DNA of 64,000 nt from Eledone cirrhosa (GCA_964016885.1 OZ024757.1:40176001-40240000), one strand, 5' to 3'. Shown: positions 1 through 13,711, numbered from the stretch's first letter. The notes: a model not told the origin generated them from the sequence alone. Numbers and translations are program-made.

Positions 1-374
1 TAAGATAATATAGAACTTTGATAATTTATATCTGAAAAATACGACAGACCAACAGATGCAATAACATCTTATGTTAACTTGTTGAGGAAAGACTAGCGGC
101 GAGTAACATCGACTGCTGTTATCTCTGTAGTGTGTCATGTTAGATTTTGGATTCCTGTGACACATGCTGTTTGGTTACAGACTGTCTTATTTATCTAACT
201 TTCTTCAGGCTATTTTGAATCCGTAAATTATCTTTGGAACATTCTGAAATGGAAAGCCTGCTTCTAACAAGATGTATTTTTCCAAGACAACTGTGTACGG
301 GGAATCTTTATAATGGTGATTTGTCTGTGTGAGTGTATATTAAGCCATCTCTATGTCTCTCGCATATATATAAA

Positions 375-422
375 TAATACCTTTCGTAACTTGTCCTCCT
401 GTGTTGTTGTTTTTACTTTCCC
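375..422. mobile_element. Terminal fragment of a dispersed repeat (Penelope-like pLTR tail, inferred); second copy at 2088-2134
   Basis: taatacctttcgtaacttgtcctcctgtgtt(g/a)ttgtttttactttccc occurs twice, each time abutting (TA)n. Confidence 0.55.
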
Positions 423-613
423 ATATATATATATATATATATATATAAATATATATATAAATATATATATAAATATATATATAAATATATATATAAATAT
501 AAATATATATATATAAATATATATATATAAATATATATATAAATATAAATATATATATATAAATATATATATATAAATATAAATATATATATAAATATAT
601 ATATATAAATATA

Positions 614-649
<36 letters not shown>

Positions 650-941
650 AATATAAATATAAATATATAAATATAAATATAATTATAAATAAATAAATAT
701 ATATAAATATATATATAAATAAATATATATAAATAAATATATATAAATAAATATATATAAATAAATATATATAAATAAATATATATAAATATATATATAA
801 ATAAATATATATAAATATATATATAAATAAATATATATAAATATATAAATATATAAATATATATAAATATATATATATATATAAATATATAAATATATAT
901 ATATATATATAAATATATATATAAATATATATATAAATATA

Positions 942-1121
942 GAGACTAGTAAAATGAGGTATCCTCTTGATAAGTCGGCAGACCTTGCAAGGACTCTATA
1001 TCTTTATGATATATTGTTTTTGTTTATGCCACGAAACTACGTAGTCGAGGAATTTAGGAGCAGTTTAGGTATGATACATTTTATTACTAATTATATCTAA
1101 ATGTTTCTTCTCTCTTCATAA
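942..1121 (+). mobile_element. Solo copy of the hammerhead-bearing terminal repeat also found at 23530-23730 and 24115-24315
   Basis: Near-identical (a few substitutions) to the two copies near 23.5-24.3 kb; sits inside (TA)n. Confidence 0.85.
962..1051 (+). ncRNA. Minimal type-I hammerhead ribozyme, U3-A8 core variant
   Basis: Stem I tcctc/gagga; core TTGATAA (967-973); stem II gt(c)ggca/tgccac; GAAA 1033-1036; palindromic stem III actacgtagt; GUC triplet ending at 1046. Confidence 0.75.
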
Positions 1122-1150
1122 TGTATATAAATATATATATATATAAATAT

Positions 1151-1289
<139 letters not shown>

Positions 1290-1623
1290 AATATATATAA
1301 ATATATATATAAATATATATAAATATATATATAAATATATATAAATATATATATAAATATATATAAATATATATATAAATATATATATATAAATATATAT
1401 AAATATATATATAAATATAGTATTAGTTATACTATTTATGTTTATGTAAATACAAAACCTTAAGCAGTTGTAAGTATTTTACACACACCCTAAATAGTGG
1501 TAGGCAGTATTGTATTACTACCTTATTACCAGTAAGTTAAGTAGCTCAATGTAAAAACATCTGATGATTTACAGAGCAGTTATATGAAATATAAGAATCA
1601 AAGAACTGTTCAAAACATTATTG

Positions 1624-1670
1624 TGCTTACAGCTGTTTCCTCCAAACCGAGGTTTGGATTCTTCGGAGCA
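1624..1670 (-). ncRNA. Minimal type-I hammerhead ribozyme (core CCGAAGA, U4C)
   Basis: Minus strand reads tgct CCGAAGA a tccaaac ctcg gtttgga g GAAA cagctg TA agca: 4-bp stem I, 7-bp stem II, palindromic stem III acagctgt, GUA triplet. Confidence 0.7.
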
Positions 1671-2023
1671 ATTTATTAATGCATGGACAGTTATATGACC
1701 TCCTTTTCAGCCGAGAGACATACCAATACATATTCAAACATTGATACATATTCAAACATTGTGGGTCAACATTCATTACAGAATTTAGAGTGGCAGTACA
1801 CACTTCGAGATTACATTTATATTAATAGGTACAATCAAAAATCAAAAATATAGGTTAAAATACAACATGAAGATAAGCGGTTATAAATCCCGACACTTTG
1901 GTTGCTCTTATGTTGGCATGTAAACAGAACTGCAGACAATGTTTCTGGGTATTACCCTTCATTAGTACAGTTCACTGTTCACCTGCCAACTGTGAGAGCT
2001 AGTGGAAATATATGATACTTTTT

Positions 2024-2086
<63 letters not shown>

Positions 2087-2134
2087 TAATACCTTTCGTA
2101 ACTTGTCCTCCTGTGTTATTGTTTTTACTTTCCC

Positions 2135-2287
<153 letters not shown>

Positions 2288-2404
2288 TGAGGGTGAGAGG
2301 TGGAAGAGGGGAAGGCTGGAAGTACAGGTTTAAGTGTAAAGAAGAGGAAGGCAAACAAGTAAGTGATATAAAAGAAGAATTGAACCGAAGAGAGTCTTTT
2401 GGTT

Positions 2405-2527
2405 GGCCTCGAAAGAACGAAAGGCATATTTGATATCGACGGGATTTGAACTTAGAGACTGCAGAGATCCAGAACAAATACTGCAAAGCATTCTCTCTGA
2501 CGCTCTAACAACTCTACAAATTCGCCG
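2405..2527 (-). mobile_element. Old tRNA-derived SINE, head plus start of the central domain
   Basis: Reverse complement contains aagttcaaatcccgtcga...tgcctttcgttctttcgagg, matching the SINE family below. Confidence 0.65.
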
Positions 2528-3395
2528 TACATACAGATATATTTTACAATGTTTTCGGGTCTTTAAAACCTATAAAACTCGAGATAATAAGATTAATATT
2601 CATTCTAGATTCATATTGATTCTATATCGTTGTGTGGAATGGGGATATGGGGATCGATGTTTGCAGAGTAAGTACAATTAGTCCTGTCGTCTATAAAGGC
2701 TTAGCATGTCCGTTTGTTTAGCCTCTAGATGACCAAAGATAATATAAATAATTTCTCGATTAAGCAGAGTTTTTCCCGATAAATTTGAATGAAAACTGCC
2801 ATATTTATATAAGGTGTATGTTGTGAACAAGAATACAGAATTGAATACCAAACACCGAAAATCCCGTTTCATTTAATAGCCAAATATAGTTGGAAAGGCA
2901 TGTGGGACATCGTTAGAAGTCTTTATGCAATAAAATGATTACAATAAACGTAAAATGTAAAGGAATTCTCTCATAATCCAATATCATTTGTGAATAAACT
3001 GTTGTTATCTTGTCGAACTTTAACACAATTTATTAGAGCTTTAGAAAAGCAATTTCCATTAAGGCGTAAGGAGATTGTTTGGAGTAATACAGTTACGAAT
3101 AGTAGAAAATTGATATGACACTGTTGGTAGATATATCCTAGAGTGTGAAATAGTTGATTGAGCCGGCAAAGTTGCGTTAATTTTCCCTTTTGTTTGTCAT
3201 TAATATTGCAAATTAATTTAATACTGACTCCCCATTGTTTCACGTTAGTGGAGAAAGTGTTTGTTGCTATTACTATTATCATTTTGTTTTAGTTATAAAC
3301 ACAATGGAACCTAGAACAGGTTTAAGTTAACTATACATAAATCAATTTTGACGGGCTTGATTTACGAGGTTATCTACGGTAACTAGAGAATATAG

Positions 3396-3621
3396 TGAAG
3401 GCGCATGGCTTAGTGGTTAGAGTATTGGGCTTGCAATCGAAACGTTGTGAGTTCAATTCTCGGACCGAGAACTTTATTTCACGTTGCTCCAGTTTACTCA
3501 GCTGTAGAAATGAGATGATAGGATTGGTGTCCTTATCATTAAATTACCCAAGACACCTCCAACGAGATATACCTTGGAGGAGGCCTGCTAAACCTGCATA
3601 GGTGTGAGCTGTCACACACAC
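3396..3621 (+). mobile_element. Complete tRNA-derived SINE (second family) with a 15-bp target-site duplication
   Basis: A-box tggcttagtgg, B-box gagttcaattc, domain actttatttcacgttgctccagtttactcagctg, (CA)n tail; TSD aactagagaatatag at 3381-3395 and 3622-3636. Confidence 0.85.
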
Positions 3622-4040
3622 AACTAGAGAATATAGCTTCAGGATTTTATCGAATAAATATATTCCCTACAATGAATACTAAATACACTGCTCTGTCTTC
3701 TATGTTTAGACTATGTTGAAGCACATCTAATCCTCCTTGCTTTGGGGAGTTATATGTATTAGTTCTAGATTGATTTATAAATGTAAGTTGCTTAACTAGA
3801 AAGCCTAAAGTCACAGGCATAGATTGGCTTTGGCATTCACTTAAAGAGATGGGCTGACCAATGAACGACTGTATGGGAACCTTCGTCAAATATCAGACAT
3901 CAGCACACTACATTTGTATCTCGATGTTTGTCAATTAGAATTATATATATATATATGTATATATGTATATATATAAATGTTCGCTCTACATTGCTGAAAA
4001 CAGTGGTTTGTTTGCATCATTTCAAACGAATCGAATGTTT

Positions 4041-4225
4041 GGATTGGCAGCATTGGTAGAGGGTCGGACGCCATGCTTTGCAGCACAGTTACGTCCCTTT
4101 ACGGACTGAGTTCAAATTCCGCCGAGGTTAACTTTGCCTTTCATCCTTACGGGGTCGATAAAATAAAGTACCAGTAATACACTGGGATAATTGCTGGCCT
4201 TGTGCCAAAAGTAGAAACAATTATT
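4041..4225 (+). mobile_element. Young tRNA-derived SINE (octopus-type, Nin/Deu-like central domain)
   Basis: tggcag..ggtagagggtcggacgcc head, B-box gagttcaaattcc, ccgaggttaactttgcctttcatccttacggggtcgataaaataaagtaccag core, agtagaaacaattatt tail; many copies in the window. Confidence 0.9.
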
Positions 4226-4261
4226 AATATTCGAAAAACTCACATTATACACATATATATA

Positions 4262-4440
4262 TAACGGGGGTAAACAGAGTAAGTAAGGTACTCAATACAA
4301 AGAAGAGTGTAAATATTTAATGTAGAAAGGCTTCTACAGGACTAGAACTGTTTCATTCGGGAGAAATCATCAGTTAGCCCTGATGATTTCTCCGGAATGA
4401 AACGTTTCTAGTACTGTAGAAGCCTTTCTACATTAAATAT
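4262..4440. mobile_element. Penelope-like terminal-repeat fragment folded back on itself; both arms carry a hammerhead-like core
   Basis: 61-bp inverted arms 4313-4373 and 4380-4440, each reading CTGATGA tttctcc(c/g)gaat GAAAC; same family at 43573-43640. Confidence 0.7.
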
Positions 4441-4745
4441 ATATATATATATATATAAATATATGTTTGTGTGTCTGGTGTAATTTTATGTGTTGGTGCC
4501 TGTGTGGTGTATGTTAGTTGTTTGTGTTGGTGTAGTAATTGTTCAAATTCCAAAGCTAATCACACAAGACATAACAGTGACAACAATCTCTGTGTTGTTA
4601 TATATTTCTCGTAGATTGATTATGAATAGCAAATAAATTATAGGATTCCTCTAAATTACACATAATGAACCTATCAGTTAAATCTATAACGGTGACATTG
4701 CCTAAATCACAACCGAAAACATTTATAATACTACTATTACCAATG

Positions 4746-4793
<48 letters not shown>

Positions 4794-4976
4794 TATATAT
4801 AATATTATTCAAAATATTAATAAATGAGAAATATCATAACCAAACTATATATTTTATTATACATATTTCAAAGGTACAATGATGTTTCAGTACGTTTTCT
4901 TCAGATAAAATATATAAGAGATTGGTTATGACATACCGCTAAGGTACTTGAATCATCAATTCCTATATATATATAT

Positions 4977-5012
<36 letters not shown>

Positions 5013-5110
5013 TAGACCCTTACTCACACTTTGTGTTATAGAATATGGTTATATTATAAGGAATCGGGACCCCAACGGCTGAGATCTTTACTATTATATA
5101 TATATATGAT

Positions 5111-5300
5111 GGTGGTGGATTGTCAGTATCGGTAGAGGGACGGAAGCCATGCTTTCTACCATAGTTACGTCACTTTATGGTCTGAGTTCAAATCCCGTCG
5201 AGGTTAACTTTGCCTTTCGTCCTTACGGCGCCGATAAAATAAAGTACCAGTAATGCACTGGGGTAATTGCTGGCCTTGTGCCAAAAGTAGAAACAATTAT
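5111..5300 (+). mobile_element. Young tRNA-derived SINE, full length
   Basis: Same head, core and tail as 4041-4225. Confidence 0.9.
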
Positions 5301-6502
5301 CATAGAGAGAGAGAGAGATAGAGAGAGAGGGGGATAGATAGTTAGATTGATAGTTAGATAGATAAATAACCATATTTCATATAATGTTATTTAAGGTTGT
5401 TTTGAGGCTTTTAGGGTGTTATTTTTTATTATTTTTGTTATTGTTGTTTTCAATAAAACATATTTACTCTCCAATCTTGGAAGCCAATCAGAGATTGTTT
5501 TGATTAAAACATCATCATGTCCTTCATTAACTGAATTCTAATTCGGTTTGATTTTCTCACCAACAATAGAAGAAAATTATGTTTTGTGACCGTGTGTGTG
5601 AGTGTGTAAGGGTGTATGTATGTATGTGTATATGTATATATGTATGTATGCGTATATGTGTGTGTATGTATGTATGTATGTATGTATGTGTGTATGTATG
5701 TGTATATATGTATGTATATATGTATGTATATATGTATGTATATATGTGTATTATGTATGTATGTGTGTGTGTATATGTATGTATATATGTATGTATGTGT
5801 ACATGTGTGTGTATGTATATATGTATGTATATATGTATATATGTATGTACGTGTCTCTTCGCTTTTTGGTTTGTCTCTGGCTGTATACATATGTATGTTT
5901 CTATGTACGTATCTGTGTGTGTATATCATTATATGTATATCATTATATGTATATATATACGTATGTATATATGTATGTTTGTATGTATGTTTGTATGTAA
6001 GTGTCTGTCTGTATGTACGTCTGACTGTGTATATGCCTGTATATGAATGTATATATCTATGTATGTACGAGTGTGTGTGTGTGTGTGTATTCGTGTCGAT
6101 AATATTAACATTTCTGGTAGTATTTGCCAATAAAATAAAAGAAAATTAGTAATTTCAGGAAAAAAAAAAATGTCTTTGGGTGAATAAGTATTCTACAAAT
6201 CAAACACACCGAGAACCATCCTGAAACGTTTGCACAATAAAAACATCGACAAACTGTGTAGAGAGATAATATACAATAATCTAAGGTCTGTTAGAAATAG
6301 CAGTCACATCTTGAAATTACATATGTCTAGTTAAAAAAGGGACATATAAGTTATGACCACATCAGGCAGCTATTAAACGAATAAAAATTACCTCATAGTT
6401 ACACCAACACTTTGGAGACCGTCATGTATAGTTTGTCGAGTGCTCTAGCCTGCTTATACTAGTGTCGGCTGAATAATTAACCCAAAATATACCAAGCACA
6501 TT

Positions 6503-6938
6503 ATATTCGTTGCTGGAGTGGAGTCTGTAGTGCTGTACGAGACTTGGACACTGACCAAGAAACTCACTCAGATGGTGGATGGGTGCTACACGAGAATGTT
6601 GAGGATGGCTCTGAACATTAACCAGTATACACTGAGGATGAAGAACTCAGAGCTGTACGGGTGACTCCCAAAAGTCACCTCGAGAGTAGCACAGAGGAGA
6701 CTGAGGTTAGCTGGACATGCTCACCGACATCCAGAGATGACACTGCACCCAGTGGTTCTGTGGGAGCCCCTGCATGGGCACACTAGAAGAGAAAGACCGA
6801 GGTTAACATATGTTGTGCCCTAAGGACAGACACTGGCCTCTTGGAGACGCAGGACATGGCAGCGATAATGAGGGACAGAGATCGCTGGAGAGAACTCGTC
6901 AATGGATCTCGGGAATTGTACCCGCCCTAGATAGATAG
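6503..6938 (+). mobile_element. 5'-truncated non-LTR retrotransposon 3' end (RTE/Proto2-like), pseudogenised
   Basis: Hand translation IFVAGVESVVLYETWTLTKKLTQMVDGCYTRMLRMALNI...LYG*LPKVTSRVAQRRLRLAGHAHRHPE...WEPLHGHTRRERPRLTYV...RDRDRWRELV; internal stop and frameshift; stop at 6928-6930 followed by a (GATA)n tail. Confidence 0.8.
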
Positions 6939-7120
6939 AAATGTACGTACAGTATCTTTGATAATATACCGTATGTTTATTTAAAAACATTTTGAAGACC
7001 ATTCCTTATGAGGTTTGAAATACTGACTATCTCACTTAGTCTCGGTAAAAACAAAGGGAAGCAACTTACAGCCGTTTATCGCTCGTTCGCGGTTATCAAG
7101 ATAGCCTATTCCTACGCTTA

Positions 7121-7166
<46 letters not shown>

Positions 7167-7302
7167 AGAGAGAGAGAGTAGTAGTAGTAGTAGAAGCATA
7201 TATATTACTACAAAACAATACAAAGCGAAACAATGTCTGCTACGAAAATGTTTCTTAGCGCACCAAATGTACTTAATCATTGTATGGGGTCTACTGAACG
7301 TG

Positions 7303-7347
<45 letters not shown>

Positions 7348-7742
7348 AAGCACATATATATATACATATCATATTTCTGTATATATTTACTACTAAATGA
7401 ATGTGAAATGTTTGATATGTCGCTCACCTCTTTACAACGTATGCCTCGTTGGATTTGCTTGTAAAACACCTCCTCACGATGTCTATTAATTGCATATCTA
7501 CCCATTTTTAAATTTGAATAACATATTTAATTGTTTTCAGATAAAATATCAGATGATGAAGATGTATCACATCTGAGAAACGTCTAATTTTAATTGTATT
7601 ATTGAAAACAAATATCTTATTAATGAGTCAACGACAGTTTTTATCTGTGATAGAACATGTATTAAATGTCAATTCTTTATGAGAATATATACTGTATCCA
7701 TAGGAAAGCATATGGACGCATCGTATTGGATAATGTTGTACG

Positions 7743-8098
7743 AGATAACCAACGGTATACTGAAGCTATGTGAAATGAAGTGCTTTGGTCAAGAACACAA
7801 CACAGAACACAATCCAGGAATCGAACCCAGGATAATATGAATATAAGACTAACAGATAACCATTGGTAGACTGGAGCTATGTGAAATGAAGTGCTTTGGT
7901 CAAGAACACAACACAGAACAGAATCCAGGAATCGAACCCAGGATAATATGAATATAAGACTAACAGATAACCATTGGTAGACTGGAGCTATGTGAAATGA
8001 ACTGCTTTGGTCAAGAACACAACACAGAACAGAATCCAGAAATGAAACCAGGACAATAAGAACATAAGACGAACGCCCTTACCACTAGGACATGTGCA
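7743..8098 (-). repeat. Tandem triplication (111-bp period) of a SINE 5' portion
   Basis: actg(a/g)agctatgtgaaatgaa starts at 7759, 7870 and 7981; minus strand has B-box ggttcgattcc and a head related to 3396-3621. Confidence 0.85.
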
Positions 8099-8699
8099 TC
8101 TACAAGCAAAAGTAATTACTCTGAAATGCTGGCTTATTAAACGCTAATAATGAAGTAACTTCTCTAAAATACTCGATGTAATAAGTGTTATTAACGGTTA
8201 TCTACTATGCTTCTCGGAAAAATTGAACATGGCCAATTATACTGATAGGCAGATGTCGATAATGATGATAGTTCTAATGATATATAGGATGATAAACTAA
8301 TTACTTTGTAGCTTTATTTAGCCGAGCTAAGCAGCCTTATAATGCGTTCACGTCTACCGTTTATTTATAGCTTCGTTCCAGGTCAAATAAAGAAGAGTTT
8401 TCATACCTTATCGTATTACATAACGCATAATAGGAATGGCGCAATGTACGCATCTCTGTGTGTGTATATGTAATTAACGTATGTAATGTTATGCATGTTA
8501 TGTTTATGTTATGCTATGAATGTATGTATGTAAAGTAATGTTTGGGTATATATATATATATATATATGTGACGCAATGTATGTATACATATATTGCAAAT
8601 TATGTATATACGCATATATATAAGCATAGGGACACGCCTCTAGATGGGGAGTCTGGAAATTGTCTGCTGACAGCTAAGTATATAAACATCCACCACCCC

Positions 8700-8749
<50 letters not shown>

Positions 8750-8923
8750 GGCTACCGAGGAGAATAGATATTAATTGATGATGATGATGATGATATATAT
8801 TACAACAAGCCCTCTACTCTATGTTTAGAAATCTATCATTAGATAATGTATGTAATGTGTAAAATATATACACCAGTATAATATATCTAGCCTCAACTCT
8901 ATTATAATCATACATACATACAT

Positions 8924-9023
<100 letters not shown>

Positions 9024-9418
9024 ATCTATATATATATATATGTGTGTATCTATATATATATATGTATATATATGTGTGTATCTATATATCTGTATGTGTG
9101 TATGCATGCATTTATAAGAGAGTCTGTGCAGCGAAAATGCGAGAAAGATAATGAAAGAGAGAGAGAGAGAGAGAGAATGAAGAGAAAGATAATATGGAAG
9201 CGTGAGAGAAAGAGAGAGAGAGCGAGAGAGAGGATTAGGAGAGAATGCATATATATATACATATACATATATATATACATATATATATATATACATATAT
9301 ATATACATATATATATATATACATATATATATATACACACACACGTTTAGATATATATATACATATATATATACATATATATATATATACATATATATAT
9401 ATACACACACACGTTTAG

Positions 9419-9453
<35 letters not shown>

Positions 9454-9480
9454 CATATATACACTTATATACACATATAC

Positions 9481-9531
<51 letters not shown>

Positions 9532-9781
9532 CATATACATATATATACATATACATATATATGCATATATATACACATATATATATATACATATATATAT
9601 ACATATATATATATACATATATATATACATATATATATATACATATATATATATACATATACATATATATATACATATACATATATATACACATATATTT
9701 ATATATATACATATATTTATATAAATATATATAGGTATATATATAACAATCAATTCATTCTCTCTTCCTTCCTCTTTCCAG

Positions 9782-9825
<44 letters not shown>

Positions 9826-10024
9826 ATATATATATTAGGGCAAGAATCTTTACTGATTAGACTGCAATGACTCACTTTGAAGATTTCGAAATAGAATGAA
9901 CAATACGCAGCTCAGTCTGGTGAAGCCCAATCTTCTCTAATCAAAAGGAATTCTTATCAATTATTCTTTGTTCTCTGAGCCTGCAGCCAAGTATTGTATC
10001 ACCTCATTATACCTATTTCTTCTA

Positions 10025-10610
10025 GTTTTGTTTAACCCAAGGTCAGCAATGATCTAGCCGTCCTATGATCAAAGTTTTTCCAGCTATGATGATCACAATC
10101 TGTATACAGACTTATTGAATTTAACTCGTCCTCATACCAAATGCTTGTGGTTTTTGTTTAACCCAAGGTCAATAGTGATCTAGTCCACCTATGATCAAAC
10201 TTTTTCCAGCTAGGATTATCACAATCTTTATATAGACTTACTGAATTTAACTCGTGCTCATACCAAATGCTTGTGGTTTTTGTTTAACCCAAGGTCAGCA
10301 GTGATGAAGACGACCTATGATCAGAATTGCTCCGGCTTAGATGATGATATTCTTTATATAGTCATTCTAGCTTTAACCCTTTCCTATTGTTATTTCTTGG
10401 AGTTTCTATTTAACCCAAGTTCAGCTGTGATAAAGATGATCTATGATTAAAGTTGATTCAGCTGAGATGATCAGCGTTTTTATAAAGACATACTGGTTTA
10501 GCTGTTTCATATGCCTACATTATATCGTGGGTCTTGTTTAACACAAGGTGACAGCCTTTATATAGACTACTGGGTTTAAATCATCCATATGCCAAATGTT
10601 TGGCAGTTTA
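10025..10610. repeat. Degenerate tandem array, ~126-bp unit, ~4.5 copies
   Basis: tttaac(c/a)caag at 10031, 10157, 10283, 10409 and 10537, followed by cctatgatc/tctatgatt in the first four units. Confidence 0.8.
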
Positions 10611-10622
10611 TACAGATTTATT

Positions 10623-10712
10623 GACCTGGAGAGCGATGGGCTCCACCAAGCTTAAAATGCCGAGAAACGCCGAGGGCACTAAAACTTCATTAGGATTTAC
10701 GGAACCATAACT
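10623..10712 (+). mobile_element. SINE 3' module fragment
   Basis: gacctggagagcgatgggctccaccaagcttaaaatgccgagaaacgcc is shared with 26695-26775, 40445-40500 and 41450-41505. Confidence 0.6.
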
Positions 10713-11246
10713 TACCAAATACATACACGAATGAGACGAATGAGTCATATGCCAAGTCTTAAATAACCCTTGGTGGGTAGGTTGTTTAATTCCAAGATAG
10801 CATTAGTTTATTGCAGATGTGTTGACGTGTTTTTTGTTAATTTGTTTTTTATTAGATAAAGTTAAATCTTCTTCTCTGTAGACAAGATGCAGCTAATGTT
10901 TCTTAAAATAATCTCTTCGATATAAACACACGTGGAATTGTCAAGAAGATATGAAGGTATTGGTGATTTAAACAGCTTCTGTTAGTCATTGAACGCATCA
11001 ACACTCCTTAACTGAAGAAACCAGCTAATCAATGCCGCATGCAACACACACACACTATATCTCTATACATGTTTTTATTAGATGGTAAAATATCTGAAGC
11101 AGTCTTAATTTGTTATATAAATTAATTGCAGCCAGCTGCTGATAATTAGCAGTTAATATCATCATTATTACAGGAATGTGTGAGAAAAATAAAGGAAGTG
11201 TGTTAGATGGAGAGATTATGAAATTAGATAAAGTCTGTTCTAAGCC

Positions 11247-11495
11247 GAAGGCTCATCTGGACTGCGTTTATTGTCGTTTTACTTGGCGTTAAGCGACTGG
11301 GAGTACAAGACTTCCACCTGGATAGTATGTTGATCTAACGCAGGATTAATTCCCCAGATATTTCTGGTATTTGCTTATCTCATCTTAGTGTACTGGAGCA
11401 AAGTGAAATAAAGTGTTTTACTCAAGAACACAACAGACGTCGCAGTTAAAGAATCGAATCGATGTTATTACAATGGCATGTCAAGCATTTTCACC
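11247..11495 (-). mobile_element. Old SINE with a Meta-like domain
   Basis: ggcgttaagcgactgggagtacaagacttccacctggata...actggagcaaagtgaaataaagtgttttactcaagaacacaac, related to 3396-3621 and 7743-8098. Confidence 0.65.
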
Positions 11496-11509
11496 TTCAC
11501 GAGTGATTA

Positions 11510-11598
11510 TTGCCCTTCGTCCTTACGGGGTCGATAAAATAAAGTACCAGTAATGTACTGATATTTGCTGGCTTTGTGCCAAAGAGTAGAAACAATAT
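11510..11598 (+). mobile_element. Young SINE, 3' half
   Basis: gcccttcgtccttacggggtcgataaaataaagtaccag...agtagaaacaat. Confidence 0.8.
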
Positions 11599-12147
11599 TA
11601 AGGGATGGGGAGAGCGGGAGAGACAGTAGGAGCTTCATTCCTGTGTGTTCTGACCTGGTATGTGTATATGTTTCACACACAGACACACTCTCACTCACAC
11701 ACACACGCACACACTCACACACACCAATTTATTCTATAATGTTTTACTCTATACCGCTATTGACCTTTCTTTGACTCTACTTCCGCCTTTCTCCCCGTCA
11801 GTGTCTTTCTAATTATCTGTCTATCTCCTTGTCTATCATACACAGTCCAACTAGAAGTCTGGCTCTCTCTCCCTCTCTCAGTTTAACTCTCTCCCGCTCC
11901 CTCTCTCTCTCTCTATCTCTCTCTCTGTGTTTTCCTCTTTATCTATCTCTCTGACTATCTCCCTCTCGGTTTCACTATATGTCTCAGTCTCACTCTCTAT
12001 CTCTCTTAGTCTTTCTAATCATCTGACTTGCTCCATTTCTATCACACACAGTTTCACTATATCTATCCCTGCCTCTCCCCCTCTCTTCGTTTAACTGTCC
12101 CTTTCTCTCTCTATCTCTGTGTCTGGCTATCTTCCCTCTCTCAGTTT

Positions 12148-12207
<60 letters not shown>

Positions 12208-12284
12208 AACTTCTATTTCTATCAATATCCAAACCAAAGATAGAAGAAATATTAACATAAACAAAGAAGAGAGATGAGGGCGGG

Positions 12285-12852
12285 GGAAGGTCAGCTTTAA
12301 AGAGAACATCTTAGACTGGCATTGTAACCGCCAGATGGTGGGGTGTCACCATTGAAGAGAGTGGCTAAGACAGACAATAAGACAGGATGGTGAGCGAGGA
12401 GGAGGCGGCTCGGCGTGGAGGAATGAAGTCAGCTTTAAAGAGAATTTCTAAGAGAGGCAATGGTAACCAGCAGAGGTTTGGGTGTCACCATTGAACAGAA
12501 TGTCTAAAAAAATAAAAGACAAAGTGACGGGGAAATTGTAGAGGGTGTCACCATTAAAGAGAATGTCTAAGACAGACAATAGACCAGGAGATGGGGGGTG
12601 TCACATTTAAAGAGAATGTCTTTGACAGGCACAATGTGACTGACAGAGGTTTGGTGACACCATTGAACAAAATATCTAAAAAAGAAAAGACAGGCAATGT
12701 GACGGGAAGATCGGAGGGGGGTGTCACCATTAAAGAGAATGTCTGAGACAGACAATAAGACAAGGTGGTGGGCGAGGAGGAGGCGGTACGTGGGCAGGGA
12801 GGAATGAGGTCAGCTTTAAAGAGAATTTCTAAGACAGGCAACAAGACCAGGG
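12285..12852. repeat. Degenerate minisatellite, ~9 cores with variable spacers and higher-order duplication
   Basis: Core gtcaccattaaagagaatgtctaagacagacaat, or its gtcagcttt variant, at about 12290, 12345, 12428, 12484, 12547, 12600, 12655, 12723 and 12809. Confidence 0.8.
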
Positions 12853-13222
12853 ATGCTGTAAAATCAACAACACGAAATAGTAGATTTAATTCACTTCTGT
12901 ACAGCTAACACAGCTTGTAAATCACATTATAATTACAATTCCCTGGTAATGATACTTACACGTTCGTCAAATGACTATCAGACGAGCTAAACAATTTCTC
13001 ACGACTTCTATCGTACTATGGTACATAAGATACCTAATATATAATCCTAAGACAATTCCGCTTTCAAACAAATTAGATTTTAACTTTACACTCTTTAAGG
13101 CTTTAACGGTGACAACTGTGTTTGAATTGCTGACGAGATATATAAGACAAAGCCTACTTGTGATTCTCTGGAGGAAAGGCTTAAAATGGTCAACTAGGCC
13201 ACACACATGGCATGTTATGTGA

Positions 13223-13260
<38 letters not shown>

Positions 13261-13342
13261 TAATAATAATATTTATACATACACTATATAATTATAAACA
13301 GGAAAGGTCAGTAATTCATTACCACCTTATTACCAGTAAGAA

Positions 13343-13373
<31 letters not shown>

Positions 13374-13452
13374 TGTATGTATGTATGTATGTATGTATGT
13401 ATGTATGTATGTATGTATGTATGTATGTATGTATGTATGTGTGTCCGTATCG

Positions 13453-13484
<32 letters not shown>

Positions 13485-13489
13485 TTCGT

Positions 13490-13618
13490 TTCTGAATTTG
13501 TTTAGCAAGATTCTTTATCTGAAAACGTGTGTTGAAACCTATATTGTTATGCTTTGGGAGGGTCATGTTGCCAATAAGAAACACACGCACCAGTTGCTTT
13601 CACTTCAATTTATTACAA

Positions 13619-13620
<2 letters not shown>
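13490..13620 (+). mobile_element. Dispersed repeat end (Penelope-like pLTR family, inferred); related copies at 29560-29690 and 49908-50015
   Basis: tttgggagggtcat...aataa(g/a)aaacacacgcacc...acttcaatttatta shared among copies; abuts (TA)n. Confidence 0.55.
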
Positions 13621-13659
<39 letters not shown>

Positions 13660-13711
13660 GTATATACACACACACATATATATATGTGTGTGCGTGTGTA
13701 TATATATAATA

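Noticed and set aside
1557-1597. CTGATGA...GAAATATA hammerhead-like match
   Set aside because: No convincing stem I or stem II pairing.
7064-7102. Minus-strand TTGATAA-cgc..gcg-TAAA-cggctgTA motif
   Set aside because: GAAA is mutated and stem I is poor; at best a dead relic.
7548-7590. ATGATGA agatg/catct GAGAAACGTC motif
   Set aside because: Good stem II but altered core and no stem I; not called as a ribozyme.
12285-12852. CRISPR-like repeat-spacer appearance (also 51371-51955)
   Set aside because: Repeats are degenerate, spacers recur or are simple sequence, there are no cas genes, and the context is eukaryotic.
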